Source of the DNA: Antedon mediterranea
Taxonomy: Eukaryota > Animalia > Echinodermata
Assembly (NCBI RefSeq): GCF_964355755.1
Contig: NC_092678.1
Location: 8,324,422-8,388,421 of the forward strand
DNA: 64,000 bases
Reading direction: 5' to 3'
The notes below the pieces were generated by a model. That model was not told the DNA's origin and did not search any database. It saw nothing but the letters and a program-made list of their open reading frames with translations. Below are positions 1 to 12,176 of the stretch, piece after piece. A program made the position numbers and the translations under genes. Each line of letters starts with the position of its first letter. The first letter of the stretch is position 1.

Positions 1-57
1 TCCATCTGTCCATTAATTAGGTTCATGGTTGAAACATCGAGAAACAGTATTTCAGAA

Positions 58-1049
58 CTAGAAAGCCACTCCGAGAGTGCATACCTCCGCCTACTGTAAA
101 TTCTCCGGATTTCTCCGGAATATATATTATATATCTATCTATAATGCTGTTTGTGATTTAGGCTAATTTCTCTACAAACATGTGTATGCGAGTTTGGTGT
201 AAATGTTATGTAACCAGCCTTTCAACTAACAATAGTTTCAGCTGACTATCAATAATTTCAATTAGTTGAAATTGTTTATAGCATGCCGATCTATGTTATA
301 TACTGTATATATAGATATATATAGATGAATTATATTTTCTTTATCAACAAAACCATTAAATCTGGTTTCAGTTTTCCAAGAGATTCCTAGGCCTCAGCAA
401 TTATTATATCAATTATTATATATATATAAACACAATAGGCAAAGAACATAAATTCTAAACCGCCCGGTGATATACTGAAATTTAATTAATTAATTTGAAA
501 CGATATATATATATATTTTATCTGTATTTTATTTTTAACCGTTTTTGATGTTGTATTGTTTTATGTTTCAAACCTGTCAGTGGCGGTATTTATCGCTGTT
601 GGTTTTGACTGAATAAAAAAAAAAAATAAATAAATAAAATTAAAAAAAAAATTAAAAATAAAAAAAAAATTAAAAAAAAAATAAATAAAAAAAAAAAATA
701 TAGGCCTAGGCCTATAAAAAAAAAAAAAAAAAAAAAAAAATAGAACAGGAACGCAAAAAAAAAGGAGTGAATTTGAAAAGAAATAGGTATCAAAAAACCT
801 CTTCATCAAATCAAATTTTGTAAGTTAAGTTTTAAAAGTACAAATAACTCTGTCATATTTGCAGGTCTGAAAATAATACTAACAAGTGGTCCAGAATTGG
901 GGCCTGGTCCGGATTTCCTCCAAAATTTAATGGAGTGGTCCTTGATCACATTCATTTTGGTAAAGATCTTGGAATAACCTTTTGAGTAATCCTGCTAACA
1001 AACAAACAGGCACACGCGATCGCTTACATACCTCCTTGGCGGAGGAAAA
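58..1049 (-). mobile_element. Helentron-associated (HINE/DINE-1-like) non-autonomous element, family A copy 1
   Basis: On the minus strand the 5' head is TTTTCCTCCGCCAAGGAGGTATG followed by (TTTG)n. The 3' end is GGCGGAGGTATG-CACTCTCGGAGTG hairpin-GCTTTCTAG. It is homologous to 25573..26231 and carries an A-rich low-complexity tract at ~614-762. Confidence 0.65.
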
Positions 1050-1327
1050 CTATACATACGACGTTGGTGTATCGCAAACGTTATATCAACATCTGTCCAT
1101 GGTTATATCAGAGGGCAGTCAACAATCAGCGTCAAGTATGATCCGCCAACCAATCACGATTAAGTTTGCAGTTAGGATTTAGCCTATCCGCGTTGTGTAA
1201 TTCCTAATAATGTAATAGGGAATCTTCCAATCATCAAGCAGTTTAATCATCCAAGAGATTCAGCCAATCGCGGTGACTGTCTATTATGGCTTTTAGTTTT
1301 TATAAATATCAGTATATCAGTATAAAT

Positions 1328-1790
1328 TACGGCCACACTGCGTGAAACACCGGTTCTCGTTAGATCACCGAAGTTAATATACGTTGGGCCTGGTTGGTTG
1401 CGTTCTGGATGAGAGACCGTCCAGAAATCGCGGCCGGTGCTGCTGTATATACTGGAGAGTGATGGTGTAATGGTAATATCGGACTAGCATGTGATAGGCA
1501 TGGGTTCGAGGTTATCTGTACCATACTAATTACATCATTAGGCAAGATGCTTTACTCGCATTGCCTCATCCTTCGGATGGGATGTAAAGCCGTTGGTCCC
1601 GTGTACTTAACAGTGCACGTTAAAGAACTTGGTACATTATTCGAAAAGAGTAGGGGATCGTCTGGTCTGGTGTGCTGATCTGATAGGCACTGCACTGCTG
1701 GTTGCCGTGGGTCCGTTGAGGGTCTAATCCGAATTTCCTCAGTTTCCAGTTAAGCTTGAGGACAAATATAAATACCTTTACCTTTACCTA
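1328..1790 (+). mobile_element. SINE with composite 5S rRNA + tRNA head, Deu-domain-like body and (TACCTT)n tail
   Basis: 1328-1447 resembles 5S rRNA (TACGGCCACAC...CCGGTTCTCGTTAGATCACCGAAGTTAA...GTGCTGCTGTA). 1454-1522 has tRNA A/B boxes (TGGTGTAATGG, GGTTCGAG). The body contains CCTTCGGATGGGATGTAAAGCCGTTGGTCCC and CGTTAAAGAAC...CGAAAAGAGTAGGGG, as in DeuSINE cores. The tail is TACCTTTACCTTTACCT. Confidence 0.75.
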
Positions 1791-2296
1791 TTTTATCATT
1801 GTCTTAATTACTTTGTTAAAAGGACGAATTAACAGTTTACTATGCCAATATTTGTTTCCCTTAACATATATATATTACATATGTTACATTAAAATAACTC
1901 GGTTAGTATACAACTTAACTGATATGATACAATTAAGTAGACTTTTTTCCCCAATGAGCTAATTTTCGTGCTTTTAATTTTGCTCGTTAGCCTACTGTAC
2001 GTTATTAATGTTTATTTGAACTTTTTGTAAGAAAATATTTGTCAAGCCAGCCTATAATAGACAGTGACACTTATGATTTAATTCACCGGTTATTTAAATA
2101 TTTGTCTGATATTTATTTCACTGCCACAATGCCTTAATTACTTTTTATTAGGTCTTATTAGAGTGGTTTTATGATTGAGTGTAGCCTCACCACAGTTTAT
2201 TAGATACTAAAATACCGACAGTGAATGAATGTTTACTGCATTCTGTAAAAAAGTTTACCTACAATGTTTATTTATGGATGAAATATATATGGTTTA

Positions 2297-2482
2297 TTCG
2301 CCACAAACACTACCAGAACACTACAAGAACACTACCAGAACACTAGCACATTGACATCCTTAGCGCCACAAACACTATCAGAACACTACCAGAAAACTAC
2401 AAGAACACTAGGTCATTGGCATCCTCAGCGCCACAAACACTACCAGAACACTACCAGAAAACTAGGACATTGGTATCTTCAG
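2297..2482 (+). repeat. Three degenerate ~65-bp repeats (GCCACAAACACTACCAGAACACTAC...) upstream of caveolin 1
   Basis: GCCACAAACACTA recurs at ~2300, 2365 and 2430. Confidence 0.7.
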
Positions 2483-2490
2483 CAAAGCAG

Positions 2491-3511
2491 ATGACCGAAG
2501 AAATAGAAATGGCAACCGTAGAACCGTCGGGTATAATTATGTCGAGTCGAGATCCAACTGATATAAATGAACATATTAAGGTACGTGTGACTATATCATT
2601 ATCTGCATAATTTAATTATGAAAATAGGTCTATTGTGCCATGTCTTCACTCCGTCTGTTTTGTTAAAGATGTATTGTCCCCCTGAAAATATATTTCTTTA
2701 CAACATTTGCCATGTTAATGTAACATAATAGTTATCCACTTTGTCCAAAAATTGGATCGAAAAAAAATTTATTTACCTGAAAAACCTGTAATTTAAAGCA
2801 AAAAATGGTCAAATTGGCTGCCAGCCAATATTTTTTTGATTGAATTTAACCATTCATTTTGTCATTTTATAAGTGAAAACATTATTTTTCTACATTTTTT
2901 TCTATGGAAGTGATTAACTTTATTAAAACTACAAAATAACATATTAAAAAATCTGATTTAATTAATCTTCATTTTTTTTGTTTTTATGACAATACTTCTT
3001 TAAGTATATATATAGGCCGTAGAGAAAATGAATTGGCGGACAATTACAGTAGATCTATACGTAATTTTAAATTGTAATGGTAGGCCTATTATCAAAATTT
3101 AAACATTAGCTTATTACATTAATTGGATTGGATAAGTACGGTTAACGTAATTATTACTTGTGATGTTTACAGGTGTCTTTTGAAGATGTTATTGCAGAAC
3201 CTAGAGGATCCCATAGTAATGCATGTATGTGGAAATGTGCGTTCAATTGCTTCGAAGGATCCAAGCTTCTCTGCTATCGCCTTTTGACAATATTCTGTGC
3301 CATTCCTCAATCGATCTGTTGGGGATGTCAGTTTGCTTGTCTGTCTTTCTATCACGTTTGGTGTATCACCCCCTGTATCAAGGTCTGCATCATCAATATC
3401 CAGTCTTGCGGGATTTTGTATCGAGCTTATTATATGGCGTGCTATGCTCCATGTTACGAAGCAATCGGCCGTTGTTTTTCGGACATTCGTATTTCGTACA
3501 GAAATGCGTAA
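2491..3511 (+). CDS. Caveolin-family protein, paralog 1 (~142 aa, 2 exons)
   Basis: Exon 2491-2580 ends ...RDPTDINEHIK|gtacgt. Exon 3173-3511 starts tttacag|VSFEDVIAEPRGSHS. It carries the caveolin signature FEDVIAEP and the hydrophobic hairpin. The start could also be the ATG at 2509. Confidence 0.9.
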
Positions 3512-5529
3512 GTCGTCTTCAAAAGCAATCTTTTCTACAAGGCTAGGTACAGGCGGCAAAACAATGATATTGATTATCCAATAATTAATATATAAATTTT
3601 TTTTTAATGATTTTGTAATACATGATTTAAAAAAACGCACTTGTATCAGTGTTCAATTTTAATTTGAATGTTATGTTTAATAATTGTTACATTATAATTT
3701 TGTTCGCGCTATAACATCAAAAATTAAACTGTTTTCTTTTTTTTTTTGCATTTTTCTTATCTGAGGATTTACCATATTGGTATCATGTGATTGGTTTTTG
3801 TACCAGAATATCGTCAAATTCTGTATTTGGCTTTTAAAGAGAAATTAATATAAATTGTGAATGATATATAGTACAATACAATACAGTATCTTATTTTATA
3901 TTTTTATTAGACCGATAAACACAATTTAATCTGTCAATTATTAACTAATGAGTTTTAACATTTATAATCCATTGTATTAACAACATAATAATTTCCACTT
4001 TACAGTATAATGATGTTAATAATATTGCTAGTATATTCGGTTAAGTTATAACAGTTGATATTAAGTTGTAAACGATTGTATGTATATTTGGCTTTACTGT
4101 GGTCTACTTTATTACATTAACATTTACACAGTATGTTGTTTGATGTGTAAATATAATTTGCTTCGTTATAAAGTAATTCGTTTATGATTTATCACGTGTA
4201 CGTGTGTTTATAGTATTGTTGTAAATGAAGTGAGTGTACACACATTGATCAAGGGGATCAAACATCGCATTGATTCGCAATTGAGATCATTATCATTATA
4301 TGAAGTTACATGAACAAAATATGTACTTACTCACATTGGAGGGCATTTCCTGCATGCTTTATAAGAAACTATTTATGCATTTTACCCCATAGCTATTTTG
4401 GAGGCGGCTTTGATTGGCAGATTTGTTTTATTATGTAATTGTGCAGACTTGCTTATGGTTATTCTTTGTTACCGTTCTCTTCACACCTGATGATGGGCTA
4501 TACCCGAAACACTTCGTGCCGGGCAGTTTTAACTTGTTTGATTTTGATTTTTTTTCTATACCCTGCCTATGCAGATTTATATTTATTGGACATATACCGT
4601 ACACCCTATAGGCCTACTAAATAAACACGCAACAGAAATATATTACTAACGTAACATCGAAATTAACCATTAACGTAATTAAATTAACCACTAACGTAAC
4701 ATATTTACGTACTGACGTAACAACAGTAGTATTTTAAACTTTTTTGTGGAAAATTTCTTGAAAGTTCGAAATTGGTTCAGACTTATGTGTGGCTGCCAAT
4801 TCTCTATTGAAATCCACCATTTGATGTTCCTTAACTTAAATCATTTGATATAAATTGATTGTGGTTTATTATTATGCTAGTGGGTGAAACATCGGCAAAG
4901 TGAAGATTGTAGGCCTACATAAAAACATAAATCAGTTGAGTCACTTTCTTTATGTTTCTGTTGTACAAAAGAAACATGTATAGGCCTACTTGGTACCATG
5001 ACATCAAAGCTCGGATCCCGGATCCGGGCTTGATGTGAACGTAGCTTTAAAAGGCGTTGGATTTTATTTTTTAAAGTTCATTGAAGAAGAGATTGAACTA
5101 TATTTTTTGAAGATCCTGATTATGTTTGTTATAAGTGAACATTTACGTGACCTAAAAAGAATCAAGTTTGGTAAACAAAAATGTAGGCCTATAACATTAT
5201 TTTTCCTTTGGTGATTTTCAAGATAGAAATCATAAGAAAAATCAAAACAATAGACCAACTGAAACGTTTAGTATTGAAAGAGCACATATTTGTATTAGAT
5301 CAGTTTCCCTGTTTGCTCTAAATTCAAAAGAATACGAGCAACAAAACCCACCAGAGTTACTTCACAAACTTGTTGCCAAGAAGACGGTTGCCATCACACT
5401 TACTTCAGTTGATTTCAAAACACTTGCGGATTGTGGATGTTATCGTCTGCCTCCATATTATTATAGTTATAGCAGCTCGTCGTTTTCTCGAGTTCTTTTC
5501 TGATTTAAACTGTAATTTTAACAAACGAA

Positions 5530-6503
5530 ATGGCGGAACCAGAACCCATAGATATGTCTTTCCGTGACCCACGTGAATTGAATTCACATATTCAGGTAAG
5601 ATTTCATGATAGCATGGCAGGCTGTACTGTATACGTAGTTTTCTATGCATTGGCATGAATGCATATTAAGGCTAGACTTCGGAAACTCGTGTGTTACCCT
5701 AGTCTTGTTCTCTATAATGTTTATTACGGTTTCAATACAGATACAACATATTGATGGATGTATGTATTCAAAAGATAAGACAAGTTAAGTTAAATTAAGT
5801 TTTGTAAAGATCTAACTAAACGAAAGTTAATTTCTTTTCACATGCAGACCACCCTCACCCACCCAATAAAAAAAGCATGGACATATTTTTAACAAAACAT
5901 TGAAGAAATACGTTAAACCCAATGCACTGTCCTGCTATGACTTGCGCATCATCAATGCATTAAATATATTTTAATTTTTTTATTTTAGTAATGTAGTAAT
6001 TATCACTATATGTAATGCTATATGTTTTATATAATTTTTGTTTTCGTTGTCATATCATAACAAAGACCATTGTTCATTGGATCAACTAAATAGTTTTTTA
6101 AACATTTTAGAAAATTATTACACTGTAGGCCTTCAGCATTGAGTAACGAAAGTTTTTTTTTCAGGTTGTGTTTCAAGAAGTTCTCGGAGAGCCTGAAGGT
6201 TCCCATAGTATCGATGGTGTCTGGAAATGCGCTTTCAAATGCTTCGAAGGATCCAGAAACCTCTGCTACCGGATCTTGACGGTACTCTGCGCCGTGCCAC
6301 TATCGTTCTGCTGGGGCTGTGAGTTCGCCGCTCTTTCATTCTACCACGTCTGGTGTGTGACGCCATTCCTGAAGATGTACATCATCAACATCAATTCCTG
6401 CAAGGTCATGTACCGGGCTTGTTGTGGCGCATGTTGTGATCCGTGTTTTGAGTCTTGTGGACGTATGTTCTCTGACATCAGGATTACTAAAACAACATCC
6501 TAA
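5530..6503 (+). CDS. Caveolin-family protein, paralog 2 (~134 aa, 2 exons)
   Basis: Exon 5530-5595 reads MAEPEPIDMSFRDPRELNSHIQ|gtaaga. Exon 6165-6503 starts tttcag|VVFQEVLGEPEGSHSIDGVWK. Intron position and phase and exon-2 length (339 nt) match paralog 1. Confidence 0.9.
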
Positions 6504-9500
6504 CATATTGATGGAATTGGTTATCAGGAATACTTCTAAAATGCATAGAGAACCAGCACATTCAATTTCTCCTGCTCTAAGTCACCGAGTGAATGTTGTT
6601 TCATAACTTTTAATTTGATCATAATTATGAATACAGTCTTGTTATGCAGTGAATCTGTTTTTGCAGATTGTATTATACATTAGACGTCTTTTTTCCAGAA
6701 AGACAAATATGCAAAATAATTTAATTTCTAAAAATGAAATACTTTAAAAGATAAAACTGACACACCAGTCTAGCGGATTGTGTTGGCCTATAAAAGTGAT
6801 AACATCTCTCATAGGCCTAATTTATATAAAATATATTTAGTTATATATTTAAGTTACTGAAATGCCAGACTCCTCCACCTACTCTTCGTACATGAATTGG
6901 GCTATTCCCGGTGCTGATATGTCGGGATCATTTTGTAAAACAAAGAGATTATACATCCTGTAAAAATAATGAGAATTCCTGATGAATATAAAATCATAAC
7001 TTAAATTTAAACAAAAAATTTGTATTTTTCTTTTTCATTTATTGTATTTCAACTTTATTTAGAGAGGGTAACCCTTGAACTTTAATCTCTTTATCAATAT
7101 AAGTACTGATTGAAGCTGCCTGATTTAAAATCGAGCACTGTCGCCGATGCAATCATGCACGTTTTCAAACAAAATCGGAAGATCGATCGTGAATTTATCA
7201 ATCTTTCTGCCTATGAAAATATCTAGGCCTAGTCAAGAAGTGCTTAAAGTGAAAAACTCAGGCTTTTATATTAAACTATGATAATTAGTTTTGTCATATA
7301 TTTTCGTCAGTTACGATTTAAGAAAAAATTAATAGCCTGGGTTATTTTGAAAACCGATATACTATTACGATGTTGGGAGACAATCCGATTTCGAAACACT
7401 AGGTGTTGACCCTAGGTGTTTCAAAATCGTAATCGCTATCCAATCATCGAGTTTAGTAATCGACCACCTCATCGGAATATACGCGAATTGTTTACGGCAG
7501 TGTACGTGTATTCTTATACGTAGGCCTACAGAGATATGTTTTCATTTTCCTTTCATAAACTTCGAATTTTCCTATCTAAGACTCGATTTTGCGACGAAAA
7601 TTTTATGCATATAGTATTTATATTTAAATTTAAAACATAACCGTTACCGAATGAAAAAAATAGCTACTTGAATTAATCAAAAAGCATAGGCCTACAGTTT
7701 GTTTATCTTAGGAGGAGCTATATTAGCGGTATCTATATATAAATTATGGTTAATTCTGACATAGGCGAGCACAATGCAAAAACTTCTCTACAAATCTCCG
7801 CCTTGGATACCTACCTTATCTATCCGAGATGTACCGCGAAACGTAGATTTGATAACATTAGTGTGCACGCCGACGCTATTGTTCCATATTTATATCTTAG
7901 GAAGATATTATAAAGAGTTTTTTAACAACATTTATGATTTCAACATTGGATTTTCCTCTCAATTTCAATTCTTCCCGGTCAAAGTAATTTCCGGGTTTAA
8001 GATAAGTTCACCTTAGTTTCAAATATTTTCTCTCTTTTATACACAAGGGAGCAGTTAAAATAATAGATTTGACCCTAAAGGTGACTGGAAACAGGCACTT
8101 TCCATCAATCAATACAGTGTCCCTTTGGAAGACGAAAAAAAAATTGGCCATTAATCATAGCCATTTCAGTTTTTTGTTTATTTTAAAACATACCACACGT
8201 GTGTGAAGGTACAGTAGTTAAATAATAGGAATTGTACTGCAAATTAATAAAGATCAAATTAAATATATGCCATAAAGAATCAGAATATATTGTGGGGAAT
8301 AGTATTATAAAATTACATAGGGAGATTTGATAAGACATTTTTCGAGTGAAATCCCGATAGCTGAGTTTCATTGAGTAAGCTTGCAGGAATAACTGTAGGC
8401 TATCTTCCTGTGTCCCGTTAGGACCGAGATGTCTGCCCATGTTGCAAGCCGTAATGTCTTCTTTCTTGGGCCCACTCTGTCACGGCAGTTAGTTTCAAAA
8501 GATGATTAAATTAAATAATGTATTAATAATTATTAGGATGGTATTCATTTGAATAAACGCCTCTCCAATAAAACATCACTTTGAATAATAACCCCCCCCC
8601 CCCCCCCCCCCCACCACCACAACCCAACTATCTAATAAACGTCCATCCACATATTTATAATAACACAATTATACTATTTGTAGTAGAATTCACCGCACTG
8701 TTATCTGCAATTTACCAAGCATTTGTTATTCTTTTTTACCACTTTTCATATCTATGAGAGGATTTCATTTGATTATAAATGTTAACATATTATTAGAACT
8801 AAAAAATTTAACATATATCCCTCGAATAAGCACCTCCCTCAAATGACCTCCGCCTCCCCAAAGGGCCCTACCAAACAATAAAAACTATACTTTAAAATGT
8901 TATTAATCATCTAAAACACTGTGAAACAAAGTAGTTCAGTTTTACGAATGTCAAGCATTTTCAATAATGGTAACCGACAGAAAATGTATAAGGAGAACAT
9001 TATCATTCCGAGAACCATCGTCTACACTTCCTAGAGGGGGAGCGAGCGAAGCGAGCTCACCCTCTAGTTGTTCCTAATTATCCCCTTCTACTACCAAATT
9101 GTATTTTTTTTAGTATAAAGAGCGCTTAGATCCTCGTTACGCATGTGTTCGTATAGTCTGGGCTCCAGACGGAGTTTTGTAAAAATATAAATATTTTTGC
9201 ACATATGGCGTTTCATACGTGTATTACTTGAGTTTGGATAAAATCGCGGTCGAAATAAAAACAAATAAATAAAAAAAAGACAATAAATACAGACTTGGGG
9301 CAAGTCTAGTGTTCGTACAGTCTCATACGAAGTATCTGTAGCTTCATATCAAGTGCATTCCAGTTAAATTTGGTTCCGAATGTAGTCTGTTACATTGGCG
9401 CGAATCCTACGTTGATTTTTAGGAATATAAAGAATAACCTCAAATTCCCAACATATTTTTTCTTTAAAAGTAACAGGGATTCGTCAAAATATTCGTTTAT

Positions 9501-10513
9501 CCTTACAAGGATCAAGTGTGTTGTCCAATCGCATTATCGTCTCAATCAAATCAAAATCAGTTTTAATCATTTTCCTTTTGACACCCAAGTCCCATAGCTG
9601 ATCGTTATAACCGTACCTTTTCTAAACAACAAAGTTTTGTCCAATAATAATAATAATAATCAAAGTTTGACGTGAATTCATTGAAAACACTTTCCTTCGC
9701 TGTTTCACCCTTCACCACAAAAGCGAATGCTGATTCGAATTGCGCCCCGGCTCTCGTAAAATCGTGACGTATGATGATTTACTCGCCATAAAAAAAAACC
9801 TGACTGTCACAAGGGGCATGCAAAGTATGTTGTATTTTAGTGGGTGTAGTCACCCACTCGTACACGTCTTTGTACAGTTGGAATGCAGTCTTATTGCTAA
9901 AATGAATGTATGCTTCTACTCCAATTTTTCGGACAATTTGCAGCTTCTTTTCTAAAGCGAAATGTTTGATGATACCGGAGAGAGTTGTACTTCCGGTCTT
10001 GTGAGTTTTTACAAATGTTATTTTTTAATGCCATTTTGCAGTTTTAAAAAAGTTATCCAAAACAAAAAACGTATAAAAATAATACCGGTAATGATTTCAC
10101 TTTTTAAAAAACAAGAAAAATGGTTAATTTAAACCAAAAACCAATTTTCAGGTAAATAATTTGATCAATATTCAAGGCATTCAAACAATAGGATGCTGAG
10201 ATCAGTTAGATCAACGATTGTAGGCCTATGTGTAAACAGAACGTGAATAATGTACTTCGTACTGTAGGCCTAACCGCAACTACAGTGGTATACATTTTTT
10301 GTTGTCAAAGTGAATAACAGTGTGACTTTAAAATAGCATTTCAACAAAAAGATTAAAAACAATATTTCGGGGGGACATATACAGTATACTGTATCTTTAA
10401 AATATATTTTCATTTAAATGCAACGTTTCAAATTTATTTAAATTTTAATGTATTACCAATTATACATATTATTACACTACATCTCACAGTTTCTTCTCAG
10501 GACAGTCAAACTA

Positions 10514-11851
10514 TCAATTTATATATCCAACATAATAATAATTATAAATAGTAATCATAAATAAAGTAATAAAAACTAAGAATTTGAATAACTCTAATTT
10601 ATATAAACAGTAAAGACAAAGGATAGTTAAGAAGAACAATAAGGCCTGATGGTTTCTTTTCATGATCTTCACATGTTTCATGTTCTTGCTTTTTTCTAGC
10701 TTTAAGCTTATTAGCTCATTGTTTAATGCTGTAATATGTATTTGTTCATCACGATCTTTAGATTGCATTTCATTAAGTTCTGTTTTGTATTTCATCTTAA
10801 CAAGTTTACGTTGTCTGATTGCTCGTTTTGTACTTTTATTTTTCTCTTTTTCTAAGCATTCATTCTCATAAACTAATGATTCAATTTGTGTTTGAAACTT
10901 ATGTTCTAACTTATCCTTTTCTGCTCGTACATTTTCAAGCTGTTGTTGATACGATTCCACAACCATTGTGTGTTCCTTCCTATCTTGTCGCGCAATTTCT
11001 ACTATTTTATTTTTCTCTTCTTTTAAGCTTTTTGTTTCTTCTACTAAATCAAGTTCTGTTTTGTGTTTCATCTTGATAATTTTACGTTGTCTGATTGCTC
11101 GTATTGTACTTTTATTGTTCTCTTTTTCTAAGCATTCATTCTCATCAACTAATGATTCAATTTGTGTTTGAAACTTATGTTCTAACTTATCCTTTTCTGC
11201 TCGTACATTTTCAAGCTGTTGTTGATACGATTCCACAACCATTGTGTGTTCCTTTCTATCTTGTCGCGCAGTTTCTACTATTTTATTTTTCTCTTCTCTT
11301 TTCACATCTATTTCCTTTTTTAAACTGTCAATGTCACTGACCAATTCTGATATTTTCTTTTCAAATTCATATTTGTTTTTACGGTATTTCTGACATGCTT
11401 CAATAATAGTCACGTGGTGTAAGCTGTGGTCAAGATGTAACTGTTGTGCACAGCAAGCAATACATATTAGTTCCATGCTTTTCTCACACCACATATCTAA
11501 GACTTTGTTATGACCAGACTTTCCACATATCAATAATCTATTCTTAGTTAGACCCAAATTATTAGCAATTTTCAAACACCCCTTAGCATCTTCAATCACA
11601 AATGACGACGGGAGTGACTCTAGGCCAGTTCTAGGAATGTTCGTTGGATTTCTACACAAAGCACACAATATATTAGAAACATTCACTTGATCCTTCGTTG
11701 CTGCTTTGAATTGCTTACGTAGACATTCTTGGCAAAATGAATGTCCACACTGAAGAAATTTAGGCTGGTCCATTTCGTCAAAGCACATTACACATTCGGT
11801 AAGGTTTTCCAGAAACGATCTTACAGGATCGTTATCGTTTAGCCCTGCCAT
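10514..11851 (-). CDS. TRIM-like E3 ligase: RING, B-box, long coiled coil, C-terminal TM segments (TRIM13/59-like architecture), single coding exon, ~445 aa
   Basis: RING CVMC...CGHSFCQEC...CALC, B-box-like C...H...WC...IC..C...H..H, E/K-rich coiled coil and a hydrophobic C-terminus (ALLFFLTILCLYCLY, FLVFITLFMITIY). The first ATG is at 11851. Confidence 0.85.
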   Translation of the reverse strand: MAGLNDNDPVRSFLENLTECVMCFDEMDQPKFLQCGHSFCQECLRKQFKAATKDQVNVSNILCALCRNPTNIPRTGLESLPSSFVIEDAKGCLKIANNLGLTKNRLLICGKSGHNKVLDMWCEKSMELICIACCAQQLHLDHSLHHVTIIEACQKYRKNKYEFEKKISELVSDIDSLKKEIDVKREEKNKIVETARQDRKEHTMVVESYQQQLENVRAEKDKLEHKFQTQIESLVDENECLEKENNKSTIRAIRQRKIIKMKHKTELDLVEETKSLKEEKNKIVEIARQDRKEHTMVVESYQQQLENVRAEKDKLEHKFQTQIESLVYENECLEKEKNKSTKRAIRQRKLVKMKYKTELNEMQSKDRDEQIHITALNNELISLKLEKSKNMKHVKIMKRNHQALLFFLTILCLYCLYKLELFKFLVFITLFMITIYNYYYVGYIN

Positions 11852-12176
11852 TTTGTATAACTCAATCGACAGCAGGAACAATACAATGCGGGTCACCCTT
11901 GCGTATCAAATTGGAAATACCCATATGTATAGAGGGAGTTGTTAAACTAAACATGGTATGCATGAATGGATACCGTATAATATACAACAACACCATGCCG
12001 ATTGCCGATTCCAAAGATAGTGTAGTAGGAAGATGTTACACTTCCTATTCGTTCAATGCAAATAAAAGCGAGACAACATGGAGCTAAATTTAAATGGCGC
12101 CTCGCACGTCGAGTAGGGATACGGAAAGTTATTGTATAGGAACTTGGCTATTATAACAGTAATATGATTGTAAAAT

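Noticed and set aside
561-809. Phe-rich ORFs
   Set aside because: These are translations of an A-rich low-complexity tract, possibly of poor sequence quality.
1328-1447. Functional 5S rRNA gene
   Set aside because: It is diverged, lacks an oligo-T terminator and runs into a SINE body.
3167-3640. 157-aa antisense ORF
   Set aside because: It is the shadow of caveolin exon 2.
7345-7470. Imperfect palindrome as a structured ncRNA
   Set aside because: It is more likely the centre of an old MITE, and no RNA-family motifs were seen.
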